Position numbers and translations under genes: made by a program. From Callorhinchus milii (lineage: Eukaryota): a DNA stretch of 64,000 nucleotides. This document shows, in pieces, positions 49,072 through 61,832 of the stretch (position 1 is its first letter; every line of letters begins with the position of its first letter). A model generated the notes under the pieces. The model was not told the DNA's origin and made no database searches. It was given only the letters and a program-made list of their open reading frames with translations. The DNA lies in contig NW_024704742.1 in the NCBI RefSeq assembly GCF_018977255.1, positions 82,152,001 to 82,216,000 of the forward strand, read 5' to 3'.

Positions 49072-51679
49072 AGAGAGAAACAAAAAGAATGAGAGGGCAG
49101 AGAGAGAGAGAGAGAGAAGTGAGGGCAGTGTTTTGTGGCTCACTGTCAGGACAGACGATTGGAGCTTCCCTCGTCTACTGCGGTGGGAACCGAGTACAGA
49201 CACCAAGTAACGTGCCGTGCAGTTTCCTCACAGAAAGCTCCCTCTTTCGCCAGTGAAAAACTCCTCTACGCCCTTAATTCCCCCCCTATCCTACCTCTGC
49301 GACCTTCCAACCCGGCCATTCCCATTGCCCATAACTACCTTGTTACTATTATTATTGTAAAATGCAAGGATTATTAAAGTTGTTTGTAACGGATCTATGA
49401 GACAGTTCAAACCAAAATGTGAGTTTGACCCAATACCTCTCTCGCAGTAATGGGAGAATTCAACTCTGTCTATGTCTGACCTAAATGAGATCACCATTAC
49501 AGATACCACTGGTGTTGTTGTTGTCATCAAAGGCAGATTGTAATGCACTCATCCAGTGCTCCATTTCATTAGTCATTTAAATAGAGCACGTGACTCCTGC
49601 ACAGACCTGGCATATTGCCTGCTTCTATTTGACTACAGAACCACAAAGATGTGCATCAATATTTACAAATCCCTTTTGAATCCTGTTGCAAATGTTGCAT
49701 TTTGACCCCAATAAGACAAACATGCACTGAGTCAATTAAGTAGCACTCCCATATTGTCCTGGCACATGGCAATACTGTCATTGCACATACTGTGAAGTTC
49801 ACGTGCACAACCAGTGTGTGGTAACATAGCATGCAATTCATATAATATTTTAATACTTGCTTCACATCACTAATGTGGTCCATCATCCCTCATTCCCTGC
49901 TTCAGCTTGTCCATCTGAGTAAGCCTAACTGGATAGTGGCTGTTGTTTGAGGTGTGGGGGCTATCACCTTTTATGTTCTGTACCACTGGTTGTTTATCAA
50001 TTTGTCCCCTGTACATAGGAGCAATGAAGTTTGAGCTATTGTGGTTTGGCCCATGAATACGTCTTGCAGTAGTACATTTGTTCTCCCAATCATGACATGC
50101 GTAATATAATTTGCATATTCTTGCTATTTTCACATGTAGAATTATTACTTTGTTTTCTGTCTTTTGCTGAGATTTATTTATCAGGACAGATTTTTAGTTT
50201 GCAATTTTATTTTTGAGCCATAATTTAAAATGTCAGCTTTCTTGTGAATAGATCAGTTTTGTGTCATCCCTCTGCACTGCAATATTTCTTCTTTACCTTG
50301 CCACTTTGGTAAAGTTGTGCAGTTTCTTCTGCACTTCCTGCCATATATTTTGCATAGCGGGGGGAATGTCATTGCTCAATTTCTCTTGTGTTCCGCTGGC
50401 CACTCACCAAATGGATGACTACAAAGAAGTTGGCCCACAAAACATACGGTCAATACACTTTATAGTATATCTTGTGAACCACTTTAAGACATCCTCCCAA
50501 CGTCTACAATACCAAATATAAGGTTTATTAATATCATTATGTTTTATCGAGAGAAAAGCACAAATTTAGAATTTAGCAAGATGACAGAAGAGATGAGAGT
50601 TTATGCCCACAATCTCACAGAGAAAATATACAGACAATTCACTTTATAGTGTATTCTGTGAAGCGCTTTGAGACGTCTTGAAGACAGGATCAGGGGCTAT
50701 ATCAAATACAAGGATTATTATTATTATTATTATGGCCTGTTTTCACTGGAGCACAGAAGGTTAAGGGTGGTTGAGCAAAGGTTAGGAGAAACATTTTACA
50801 CAGAGGTTTGTGACAACTTGGAATAAGTTACCACAAATGAATATTGCACCTGAATCCGTAAGAATATTTAATAGGAATGGCATAAACATTTGAGGAACAT
50901 TGGGATACTGGGAACGAGCAGGGAAATAAGTGGATAGTTCTAATGGAGGAAGCTAGCACTAGCATAGACATGATATCAAGTACAGAATGTCCTCTTTATG
51001 TTCCATAAACATTCTATTAATCTGTTATTCGTATTACAATATTGATTTGAAAGTTAATGCTTCAGTATAAATGGAGGAAGAAACAAAAGGGTGATTTGGA
51101 AAAAATAGCAAGATAATACCTGGATGAATGCTGACAATTCCTGTTTCTATGTCTGAGGTGCTTATCCAATGAAACACTTGTACTACTTGATTTTGCCCAT
51201 ATGTTATCACTGGTCTATGTGGCTTGGTGGCAGTGTTGTGCAATGACTAGTATTACTCTACTCCTATAGATACAGGCAAGCTGTGTTAGGTTGCTCAGAG
51301 GTTGTACAAAAAGTCCTGTTATCCCCCTGTTACAAAAGAGTGATATGAGACTTTAGAGGAGCTGAACCAAGCTTTCAGATATGTATTTCACCTCATCACT
51401 CCATCCATTTTACTGAAGATGTCGCACTGAACGTGGTGACGGATCATTGTCTGCCATGAAAATGATGGCGCTCATTCTGATCCTCTGAACGGCTGGGAGT
51501 CTAAATACAGTTAAACGCTTCTACAGAATACAATTAAATACTTCGAAATACAATTATCATCATTCTTCCACATATTTTAGTTGCTAGTCAATGCACTATA
51601 GAGAAAAAAACATGGGGTGAATGAACAGGACATTCTAGACATCTTGTACAGTGGAATGGATTGGTATCATTATATAAGA

Positions 51680-51992
51680 GGAATCCTGTAGCTCAGTGGT
51701 TAGAGCACTCGCTTTGCAAGCGAGAGACCTGAGTTCAATTCCAGGCAGGGCGAAACCTTGGGCAAGTTTCCTTACTCCACACGCCTAATAATAATCCCTC
51801 CAAAACAAAAAACAATAATAAATTGGTCATTTTCAATCTACGACTGTTTGTGGGACATTGCTGTGCGCAATTGGCTGCCGCGTTCGCCCACAAATATACA
51901 GTCAATTCACTTTACAGTGTGTTCTGTGAAGCGCTTTGGGACGTCCTCCTGAAGTGAAAAGCGCTATATCAAATGCAAGGATTATTATTATT
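51680..51992 (+). mobile_element. tRNA-Ala-like SINE, youngest short subfamily, full length
   Basis: Anticodon arm ctcgc-tttgcaa-gcgag; nearly identical to the reverse complement of 39082-39404. Confidence 0.97.
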
Positions 51993-53634
51993 GAGAGCAA
52001 TGCTATTTTCTGGTTGGGCTGAGTATAGTCCAATGGATCAGAATGATTGTACTTTTGAGTGATGGTTTGTGTGGAGGATAATGGAGTAGTTGGGCCATGT
52101 GCCCTGTTTCTGTGCTGTAAATCCATAACTCTTGTAGATACCTTATTGCACAGAGAGGAATTTCAGTTTTTTAAAGTTTTTTTTACATGTATATACGTCT
52201 AGAAATAATGCGGCTGAGGTGGATTATTGATCAGAATGAATTTGGAACATTCAGATATCTGACATTACAGTATGGTGTAGCTGTAAGGTTTTTTTTAAAT
52301 AAGAAAGTTAGATTCTGTGCATCGGATTCAGGTGGCTGATTTGCCCTGAGGCTCCACATTTCCTGATCAACACAGAGTTAATATTTGAACATTTCACAGG
52401 AATTTTCACACAATCATTCACTGTTAAGACTGCATTTGCAAGAATATACAGAGGAACCTGCAATTCAGCTATCCTTGTTACTGACAGTACGAAATGTGAA
52501 TTTAGAACCACTATGGCATCCCTTCAATAGGTAGGCTTTTTGCACAGCAGTCCCCAGTGACTTGTTATGCAGATCGGGTTCCTTGCATGCTTTAAATAGC
52601 AAGAGAAGGCAGCTAATGCAATTTAGGGGGAAAAAAATTTTTTTTTTAAATTCACCAGATGGCAAAAAATCACAAAAGAGAAGTTGGCAATTTGCACTGC
52701 TTCTTCCAGCCCCAACAAAGATTATGTTCTTCTGGACAGCTGTGTGATTTCTGCATCTCATATCTTTTTTATGCTCATAGCAACAAGAAAAGTAGCCATT
52801 ATACTATCCCTAGGCACTTGCCGAGATGATCTAATTGAACTGGAATTGTGCATTGCAGATTCAGTTTGGGGCCCTTAAAGCTGAAATGTCTCACTGGTTT
52901 ACACATGTTTTCCCTTCCCTCCCCATTCTAGTATTGTAAGTAATGCTGAAAGCAGATTATATTTTATGAAAATAAAGCAGTTTAGCTGATCTCAGCCATG
53001 GTGGGATCTGGTGCGCTCAGTTGACCTCAGTGCCCTTGAACTGGGGAGACAGGGATAGTGAAAATTAATCTGCCAAAATTCTCGCTGTTGATTGCTATCC
53101 AGTGACCCTGCTGGAAGATGTGAGTTTGACTTGTCAGCATAAATACTGATTGTACCACAATCAGTTTCTTAGGCTGTGGGCTTAGAAATCCAGAGGAGGA
53201 ACATGTGGAATAATATGAGAGCCATTCAGGAAATACTAGAGTGAAGCTTGTAATTCAATAGAGAGCCACTTATTAAAAGGAGTTTTCCTTCTCCGTTTTG
53301 GTAATGAAATAAATATTAATTTGACATTTATTTTCAAAAGAATTAACCACAGCAAAGGATATAACTTGGAAACAAACTAATTATAAATTAAAGTGAACAT
53401 TGTGATATAAAAGTAACCCGGCCTAAGCACTTAAAAGGTTTGTTATTTTGAAAGTAATTACTTCTGATGCTGCTGAAACTTTTATGTCAAGAGGATACGT
53501 TGGCTGGCTAGTTTATCAATGGAAGTAGTTTGGCTGACACAGCTTTGTTGCAGAGTTAGGCAGCTCTCACCAATACCAAATGAATCAAGAACAGCTAAGG
53601 GTAATCGGTTGACCTTGTACACTGTCCCTGCGAC

Positions 53635-54172
53635 AGATTGGCTCAGTTTGCAGCATTTACTCCTTTGAGTCAGAAGGTTGTGGGATCAAGCCCCGTGTTG
53701 GGACTATGAGCTCACACTGTCTAAGCTGACACTCCAGTGCTGTGTTGGAGGAGTGCTGATTGTTGGTGGTGTTCTTCAGATGCGATGTTATCTTGTTCAG
53801 ATGGATGTTGAAGGGAAAGAAGTTTCACCCAGAGCCTGGGCAACAATACCTCAGATAATATTGATCATTCACTTCATGGCTGTTTGTGGGATGTTGATAT
53901 GTGCAAATTAGTTGCTTTGTTCACCTACAAAATACACAGTCACTACACTTACAGTAAATAAAAGGCAAAGTACTGCGGATGCTGGAAATCTATTATTAAC
54001 ACAGAAGTAGCTGGGAACACACAGCAGATCAGGCAGCATCCAGGGAGAGAGAATAATGGGTTAACGTTTCAGGTCAATGACCTTCGTCAACACTTGCAGT
54101 AAATCCTGGGAAGTGCTTTGAGACACCTTCCTATCATGAAAGATGTTGTATCAAATGGAAGGATTATAATTA
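53635..54172 (+). mobile_element. Deu-domain SINE interrupted by a Penelope-like insertion
   Basis: Head, body and tail flank the insert at 53960-54089. Confidence 0.8.
53960..54089 (-). mobile_element. Penelope-like terminal-repeat fragment with a truncated minimal hammerhead core
   Basis: The minus strand begins TGACGA-AGGTC att GACCT-GAAAC-GTTAAC...gatgctgcctgatctgctg. 15-bp target-site duplication acacttacagtaaat (53945-53959) / acacttgcagtaaat (54090-54104). Confidence 0.7.
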
Positions 54173-54439
54173 TACATACAATACATTATTTTGTAAAGAT
54201 ATGAATATGTAAACAATAAGACATATTCTCAGCAGCAGATGAATACCTCAAATGCCATTTCATCAGTGAATAAGTTGTAAATAACCCATGGTTTGCCTCA
54301 CAAGTAAAGCCATTTCACCTTTGGTCTCATGGACATTAATCCTTAGAGTGCTGGCATGTCTAGGGCATTCTTGTCTCTGGACGCTGATAAGTTCTGTACG
54401 TTCTGTATCAGGTTCTGTATCATGCTAGGATAATAACAC

Positions 54440-54800
54440 AATATCCTTTGCATTTGATATGGCACCTCATCAAGTCAAAAGGTCTCAAAGCATGTCACAG
54501 TAATTACTGTTAAGTGCAGTTAGTGACTTATTATTGAAAAACATGGAAGTCAATTTGCGCAAACATCCCACAAATGGCCATGAAGTGAATGAACCATTTT
54601 AACTGAAGAGTTGTTGGCCAGCATACCAGGAGAAACTCCCTTCTCTTTTGGAAGAGTGTCATGGGATCTTTAACATCCAAATGGACAGGCAGATGTGGCT
54701 CAGTTTCATGTCTTATACAAAGGACAACACCTCCAATAATTCAGTGCACCCCAAGCACTATACTCCACTATAAACTCAGAGTACCTGACATGGGTTTGAA
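54440..54800 (-). mobile_element. Deu-domain SINE
   Basis: ccaggagaaactcccttctc...catgggatctttaacatcca. Confidence 0.75.
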
Positions 54801-55658
54801 AACCTACCACAGTAAAATAAACATCAAAATCACCATAGCTGTATGTGCAAATTAGCTGCTGTGTTCACCTGCAAATACACAGTCTTTACACTTTACAACA
54901 AACTCTTTGAAGTCTTTGAGCCATTTCACCACGATAAGGCAATCAAATGCAAGAAGTATTATTATTATCTAAAATAGGTAGTTTGCGCTACAACTGAAAG
55001 GAGCTATATAAATGCTATGTGTTGTTGTCTACTGTATCCTGCCTTTTGAATAGCTGATTTCACTGTATTTGTTGTGGGTTTCTGGTGAGTTTTGTTTTAA
55101 TGATCCTTGACTGTGAACTGAAATATGGTCAAAAAAAAGATTTCTCAAGAACACAGGAATTTCCCCTGATTCTGCTGGAAACCAGAAGGTGACATCTTTT
55201 CCAGTGAAAGTCTAACTTGGCAACTTCACCACAGTGTTTGCCATTTTATCAAATAGCAAACCTGCAACTCTGTATTTAACTGTAATTAAACCTCAGCTCA
55301 TGCAGACCCCTTATTTGCTTGTTAGCTCTATTCTTTTGGACATGCCTTGTACTGGCAGACTTCCTGTCTCAAGAGATTTCGGCCTCACTCCACAACAATG
55401 ATACTTCAATTAAAGGAATTCTGAATCCGGTCTAGGTCACCATAGGATTTTAGTAGCCAACAGACCGAGGAGTCCTTGATTCACTGGTGCTTCTCCACTA
55501 AATGTTTTGAACAATGTGGTTATAAAATGTTGTTATTTATGGATGTGCACTGCTTAATGATGCAGATAACGACTGAACAGAAACAGCAAAGAGGAGCAGA
55601 GCAGGAGACAGGTTATTAGGACAAACAGTTGCTACCCATACGTTCACCAAACAATTTG

Positions 55659-56146
55659 TTTTTTTTGATCAGCCGGGTGTGTGACACATGTGGAAACCCA
55701 TCACCATGCTTAATGCTTAAGAGTATCCAAGCAATGCTGAAAATTCCATGCATCCCACCTACACATGGAAATCCCAGAGAGAGATTGTTGGAATGGAATG
55801 TACACTCTTGCCCTGGAGGGATGCTTCCTGCTTACCTAATTCCAGAAAGTGTTAGGTGCAGGTTGGCAGGAGCCGAGGCTTGGGGACCCCAAAGTGTACA
55901 TTGGGGTACTGCTAGAGTGTAACCAGCTAAAACCACATAGCTTGCCATCGATAGCACTGTCTGGCAAGCTTTTCTGCTGCATGTTCAGCTAGGGCCACCC
56001 TACCAGTTAGAGGTTTGGTTTACAGGGTAACAGGAGCTGAGTGGGAGGATTCCCTGCCCCCTCTGACTGGTCTGCCCTTTGAAGTCTTGTAATGAGCTAG
56101 GGTGGCTGTGCTGTCATCAGGAGTTCCCTGGAATACTGCAAACCTG
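55659..56146 (-). mobile_element. Family X, 3' ~490 bp, cut by a SINE tail at ~56150-56300
   Basis: tttttttgatcagccgggtgtgtgacacatgtggaaacccatcaccatgct... is colinear with the other copies. Confidence 0.8.
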
Positions 56147-57867
56147 CACATATAATAATAATAAAATAATAATAATCCTTGCATTTGACATAGTGCTTTT
56201 CATGACTTCTAGATGTCTCAAAGCGCTTCATGGAATATACAATAAAGTGAATTGACTGTATTTTTGTGGGCGAAAAGCAGCAGCCAATTGGGCACTGCAG
56301 ATATAGCCTGTAACATAGAAGTATGCATTTAACTGTAATACTGTATACATGTGGGTTTCCAGATCATTTTCCAGTGTAAGCTGACGTGCATTATGCAAGA
56401 TTCACTTTGAGGTCAGTTCCATAAAATTTCTTGCATATATTGCTCATCTGGAATTTGGGCCCCATCTTTAAGTGTCAAGTGGTGTGAGTTAGTTGCAGAA
56501 ACTTGCTTTTCGATTCTTTTCCAGTTTAACATAGACCAAAAAACACCTCTTAATATTAGTGAAAGAGCTTGTCATTTTTTAAAAAACAACTGAGCATTGA
56601 TCTTGTATACTTTATGGAAACACTTCACAATTTTACTGCTAAAATCAGACGTTTGGACAAACAGAGTAAGAGGTACCACAAAATGTTTTTTATATAAAAG
56701 GTCAGAGTACTTAGAATTTTCTTAATTGATTGAGTTGCTGCAATAATTCCCTGAGGAGTTACGTGTCAGCAGATCCAATGGCACTGTTCAAAAAGAGAAG
56801 CTTCTCCCAGCCAACAATCCCCAAATAAAATCAGTCACTCACTCCATGGCTGTCGTGGGCACATTAGCTGCTCTGTTCACCCCCAAATTTGAACATTCAC
56901 ATTACTTTACAGTTTATCTATCCTATGATGTGCTTTGAGACATTTCAAGCATATGATAAGGCACTATATCAAAACCAAGGATTAATATTATTTTATTATT
57001 ATGATTAATTAGGGTGTATCCCTTCAGAGATAGGAATAGAATGTATCAGGAGTTTACTCCAGATTCGGTAAATTGGTCCATTATTTTGTTCAAAGCGGCA
57101 TGATCAGTTTTAGTCTGGCACATTAATTATATCATCATATTAAACCTTCGATGAGGTTTTCATCTGCATTAAATACATTTGAAAGAAATGCTTCCTAAAT
57201 GGCACTGAGCTGTATTGAGGTCAGTACTGCATTTCTCTCTCCTGCACAGATAATAATGAAATCTGTCATGCATGGCTTGCTGTCTGGGAGGTACAGACAA
57301 AGCAGATATTGTCAAAAAATCAATCCAGGAACAAACAGGAACCCAAAACCTTCTGGATTATATTTTCATGGGCAAATTCAGATCGTCTATTTTCTCATCC
57401 AATAACTCTGCCACCCCACACCATGCTGAAGGTGGCATCTTATATACAGGGTACGGTTCCAGCAGCCCTCCAGTACTTCAACCAAATGCCTTGATGTTTG
57501 AGACTAGACGGTTCATGTCAGCAGGAAGTTCTACTGGGGGAGCAATTGTAATAGTACCTTGATCCTGCCTCACTTTTATCCTGTCCTTTTCAGAAAAGGA
57601 AATCTGACATACAAGTAAAGAGCGAATTTAAAAGTTTTCCAATATTCTGCATGATCTGAAATTCTAAAACAACAGTATTAAGACAGAAGCATTGCAACAA
57701 TCGTACTAACAAAGTAATGTTATGCAGTAATATTGATCATTCTCGGTAGTGATACTAAATGAATAAAATTCTATTTTTGGGGGGGAGTTGACGTTCTCAA
57801 GCGTCCTATAAATTGTTCTCAGATTTCTATTAAAAAAAGTTACTCTTTGTTAGAAATGAATGTTTAG

Positions 57868-58055
57868 TGTAATAATAATAATCCTTGCGTTTGATATAGT
57901 GAGTTTTCATGTCTTTTAGATGTCTCAAAGTGCTTCACTGAATACACTGGAAAGTATAGTGACTGTGTGTTTTGTAGGTGAAACACAGCAGCCAGTTGCA
58001 CACAGCAGTGTCCCATAAACAGCCATGGATTGAGTGACCACATTATTATTTATTT
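57868..58055 (-). mobile_element. SINE 3' half
   Basis: Match to the SINE tail. Confidence 0.85.
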
Positions 58056-58185
58056 TAAAAAGTGATTCTTAAATTATTATTAAATATTATTAAATGAAAT
58101 TATTAAATAATAATTAAATTAGATTAGTAAAGGCTCTATACAAATCTAATGTTTTGTTGTTGTCATTACCCCTTGTCTGTGTTTG

Positions 58186-58219
58186 GTGTGTGTGTGTGTG
58201 TGCCGTGTGTGTGTGTGTG
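58186..58219. repeat. (TG)n microsatellite
   Basis: Seen directly. Confidence 0.95.
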
Positions 58220-58294
58220 AATGTACTATTATAGTGCACTGCAAAATTGAGGATTTTGAAGGTTGTGGAAGTATCAACTGTCCTCAGTCAGGTA

Positions 58295-58725
58295 TTATAA
58301 TATTCCTTGCATTTTGATATAGCACCAATCACATCATCAAGACTTGTCAAAGAACTTTATAGGATTTTACTGTGGTGTAGTGACTGTGTATTTGTAGGCA
58401 AACACAGCAGCCAATTTACAACCAGCAATATCTCATAAACAGCCATGAAAAGCATGAGCAATTTTTTGGGATTACTGGCCAGGACAGCAGGAGAAAGTCC
58501 CTTCTCTTTTTGATTAGTGCTGTGGGATTATCAACATCCACCTGAATAGGTAGACAAGACCTTGGATTAACATCTCATCCAAAGATCATCACTTCCAACA
58601 ACACAATACTCACCTAGCACAGGATGCAGTGTGATACTTTGGAGTGTGTGAAGTCCCACATAGGGTTTGAACCCATAACTTTCTAACTCAAAGGTGAGAA
58701 TGCTATCAATTGAGCCAGGCTGACA
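58295..58725 (-). mobile_element. Deu-domain SINE, full length
   Basis: Runs from the tail to the head (tgctatcaattgagccaggctgac). Confidence 0.85.
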
Positions 58726-59979
58726 TCTATCTGCACCAAAACATTATGTAGTATATAAATTTTTATTTAATGTCTTGTAATGTGCATTTCTATGACTAAT
58801 CTAATGAAACCAAGATAAGTATAAATCAAGCTTGCTGCTGGGTGTTAAGTGGCATTATAAAATAAAGGGCTTAAATTCAACATTTTTTGGGGGTGTTGCC
58901 TCTTAGAGCATAAAATATGTCTTATTAATAGTTTAAATCGTCAGACTGCCAGACTTGCATTTTATGTTTACAATTTTGCATATATTTTTGCCATGAACAT
59001 GGACTTTATTAAAATACTTGTCAGTTCAATTTCTGTTTTCTGCTAAAGGTATGTAGCTTTCAATTTACAGAAGATACTCCTGAAATTGGGAAATGTAGCA
59101 TCGCGTGCGATTATGGCACACATGTCTAGTTCATGGAGGTTCACAGTTTCCAATGCCTGTTCAGTCTCATGCTGATGCTTTGCAGGTGCCAGAAGATTTC
59201 CATTTTCACCTGAAGGAGAAATGGAAAAAGGCCATCAGAACCATGTAAAGTTTGATAAAATGCATTTCTAAGATACGTACCTGTCGCCATAGCTCAATGT
59301 TTACTTGCCATTTTCTGTGCTATGATTTTTTAAGTAAATCATTCAATGAAAAAATTAAGATGCAGTTTCACCAGAAAGATTTTTTTTTGGTGGTTTCTAA
59401 ATGACAATGCATGACTCGTATTTTGTTCATTTAGATTGCTCCTCTTCTCCCTTACTGTGCATAGATACTTGACACTTATTTGTATTTATTAACTTCGCCT
59501 ACCAGAATTGGGCAAGAGTAAGTGGTTTAAAAGGCTTCCATTACTGCCGGTCTAATAACTTCTCAGCAGAAAGCAGATATGGATCTCAAAAGATGTCTGC
59601 TCTCTCAGCATAGTCATTTATTTTGCTTCTTTTCTCTTATTAAATTGTTTTTATTGATCGTATCAGTTCGAGCATTGGTACATACAGTATTTATCTATGC
59701 AACAATGACTGTGGATAGTACATTATGTCTTTATCAGCCTGGTTCAATTGGTAGCACTCTTGCCACTGAGTCAGATGGGTGGGGTACCAGCTCTAAGTTG
59801 GATCTTTGAACTCATAGTCCAGAATGACAGTCCAGTCCCCTTTCTCTTTTCGAATAGTGCCATGGCTTTTTTAACGCCCACCTGGACAGGCAGATGGGAC
59901 CTCGGTTTTACATCTCATCTGAAGGATGTGGACTTGGCACTCTCATTTGAAGGTTATCAAAACGTATTAAAGTCATAGA

Positions 59980-60380
59980 TTGTTGGAATGGAATGCCCAT
60001 TTTCTCCCGAGAGGGACACTTCCTGCTTACCTAATTCTGAAAAGTATTAGGCGCAGGTTGGCAAGAGCTTGCCATTGATATTGCTGTCTGGCAAGCTTTC
60101 CCATTGCTTGTCCAGCTAGGACCACCTTGCATGTTAGGGCTTTGGCTTGCAGGGTTAACAGTTGACTTCCTGCCCCCAGTGACTGGTCTGCCTTTCAAGG
60201 TCCTGGCTGTGCTGTCCTCAGCAATGCCCTGGAATATTAGGGACCCCATTGGCTGAGGAACTGGACTCCTGAGACCGACACATAGGGCTGGCTTGATTCC
60301 AATATTTGGTTGAAAAGCATATCACTTGGAGTGAGTTCAGCTCCAAGGAAACCCTGCTTACCCCACCCCACCCTCCCCAA
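59980..60380 (-). mobile_element. Family X, 5'/middle part
   Basis: cttcctgcttacctaattctgaaaagtattaggcgcaggttggcaagagc...; 5' hairpin cttggagtgagttcagctccaag at 60325-60347. Confidence 0.8.
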
Positions 60381-60889
60381 GGAGGATAGGTGAAGCAGGC
60401 TTCTGTGAAGTGAATGTGGGAGAATTTGGTGTGGCCAGGGAAGGAATTTATTTAATTTAACAGGCAGTTTGCATGATTTCAGATTACAAACAATCTTGCT
60501 TTCTTCTTCTCCTCGTACCAAAAAATAATTGTAGATATTTGTACATGATTAAAACTGATAATGCTTAATTTATTGCATAATACTGATTTTAAAAAAGAAA
60601 AAAATCTGGATGAATATGGTGGTCAGGAAAAGCATTGAGAGGCTGTACATAAATACAGAGAGAGGATCGAACATTGTTCAGAAACAAAGGTTGTCAGTAT
60701 CATAAGATCTTAACTGCTAACTGCTTAATAGAAACATTAACACAGGAGCCACTGACGTACCATAAATGCCTAATTTGTTTTAACTGCATCAGACAGGTCC
60801 TAAAGTGGGACTTTGATATCTTGTTTGTTCTGAGATACCCCACTTATCACTTTAACCGTGTCTTTAGTGAAACACCTTCAAATTGCCCT

Positions 60890-61260
60890 CTCTTTCCGCC
60901 CTGCTCAGTGGGAAGCAAATGTTCATCGTGTGCGAAAGTCACTGTACAAATGCAAGTTTATCCTTATAACCGTGCTGCAACCGAATTTGCCGCCATTTTG
61001 TGAACAGATATCAAATGTCTCTTGCACCTGATGCACGGGGAGTCTTCATCGAAGGAATCTCGTCTTGAGCCAAACCTTTTCAAATAAATCGTCAAAAGAA
61101 CAGTGAATATGGTTAGGTTTCTTTCATTTATTTTTGTCTTTCTGCTGATTACTGTTCTTTAAATGCTGCCGGTGACATCATTGCGGCAGCTGGCTGGTCG
61201 AATGCAAATGAGCCTGACAGTGTGATGGGGCTGAATTAACAGCAGTAGATATAGTCATTA
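60890..61260. promoter_or_regulatory. Candidate regulatory element (YY1 site, octamer, raised CpG)
   Basis: GCCGCCATTTTG at 60989-61000, ATGCAAAT at 61202-61209 and CCGCCC at 60896, in unique sequence with several CpGs. Confidence 0.35.
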
Positions 61261-61524
61261 ACCTGGGTTTCAACGATCCTGCCATTTAAACTGTGTATAT
61301 CAATTCAGCTTCCTCACACCATCAGCCCCAACAGCATCTACAAGCTGCTTCACTCATGACAATTCACCAAATTAAACCGCTCAAATAAAATCGTTTTTGT
61401 TGCAATACACTGTTCTTTCTGTCACTTTCTTTCAGGTGATTGCTGGCGGAGAAATGAAAAAGGGATGTTTGCATGAAAAACTTCAAAGAAATTTCTTTGT
61501 TTCTTGTTAGGGCAGAGAGAAATG

Positions 61525-61832
61525 TTTCCCGGCAGGGTGAAATATTGGGCAAGTTTCCTTACTCCACACCTCTCTGTTTAACCAGCAGTAAGTAGGAACC
61601 CAGTTGTTAGTCGATTGGCGGATCACATTTCCAAGGATAATAATCCTTAAAAAAAAAAAAAATTTGGTCACTCAATCCACGACTGTTTATGGGACACTGC
61701 TGTTTGCTATTGGCTGTCGTGTTTCGCCCACATAGTTACAGTCAATTTACTTTGCTGTATATTCTGTGAACCGCTTTGAGATGTCTAGAAGACGTGATAA
61801 GCGCTATATCAAATCCAAAGATTTTTTTTATT
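61525..61832 (+). mobile_element. tRNA-derived SINE, long subfamily, head truncated
   Basis: ttcccggcagggtgaaatattgggcaagtttccttactccacacc... through to the tail. Confidence 0.92.

Noticed and set aside
51680..51755. tRNA-Ala(TGC)-like cloverleaf (also at 11755, 33873, 39330 and 48758)
   Set aside because: Each continues directly into a SINE body and tail, the acceptor stem is imperfect and the G3:U70 alanine identity pair is absent. These are SINE heads, not tRNA genes.
52623..52877. Possible Harbinger MITE (TTA-GGGG...GGGCCC-TTA; similar ends at 10612 and 56462)
   Set aside because: The terminal inverted repeats are too degenerate to support a call.
57199..57562. Overlapping short ORFs after a pyrimidine-rich acceptor
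   Set aside because: No recognisable domain, and the donor is weak.
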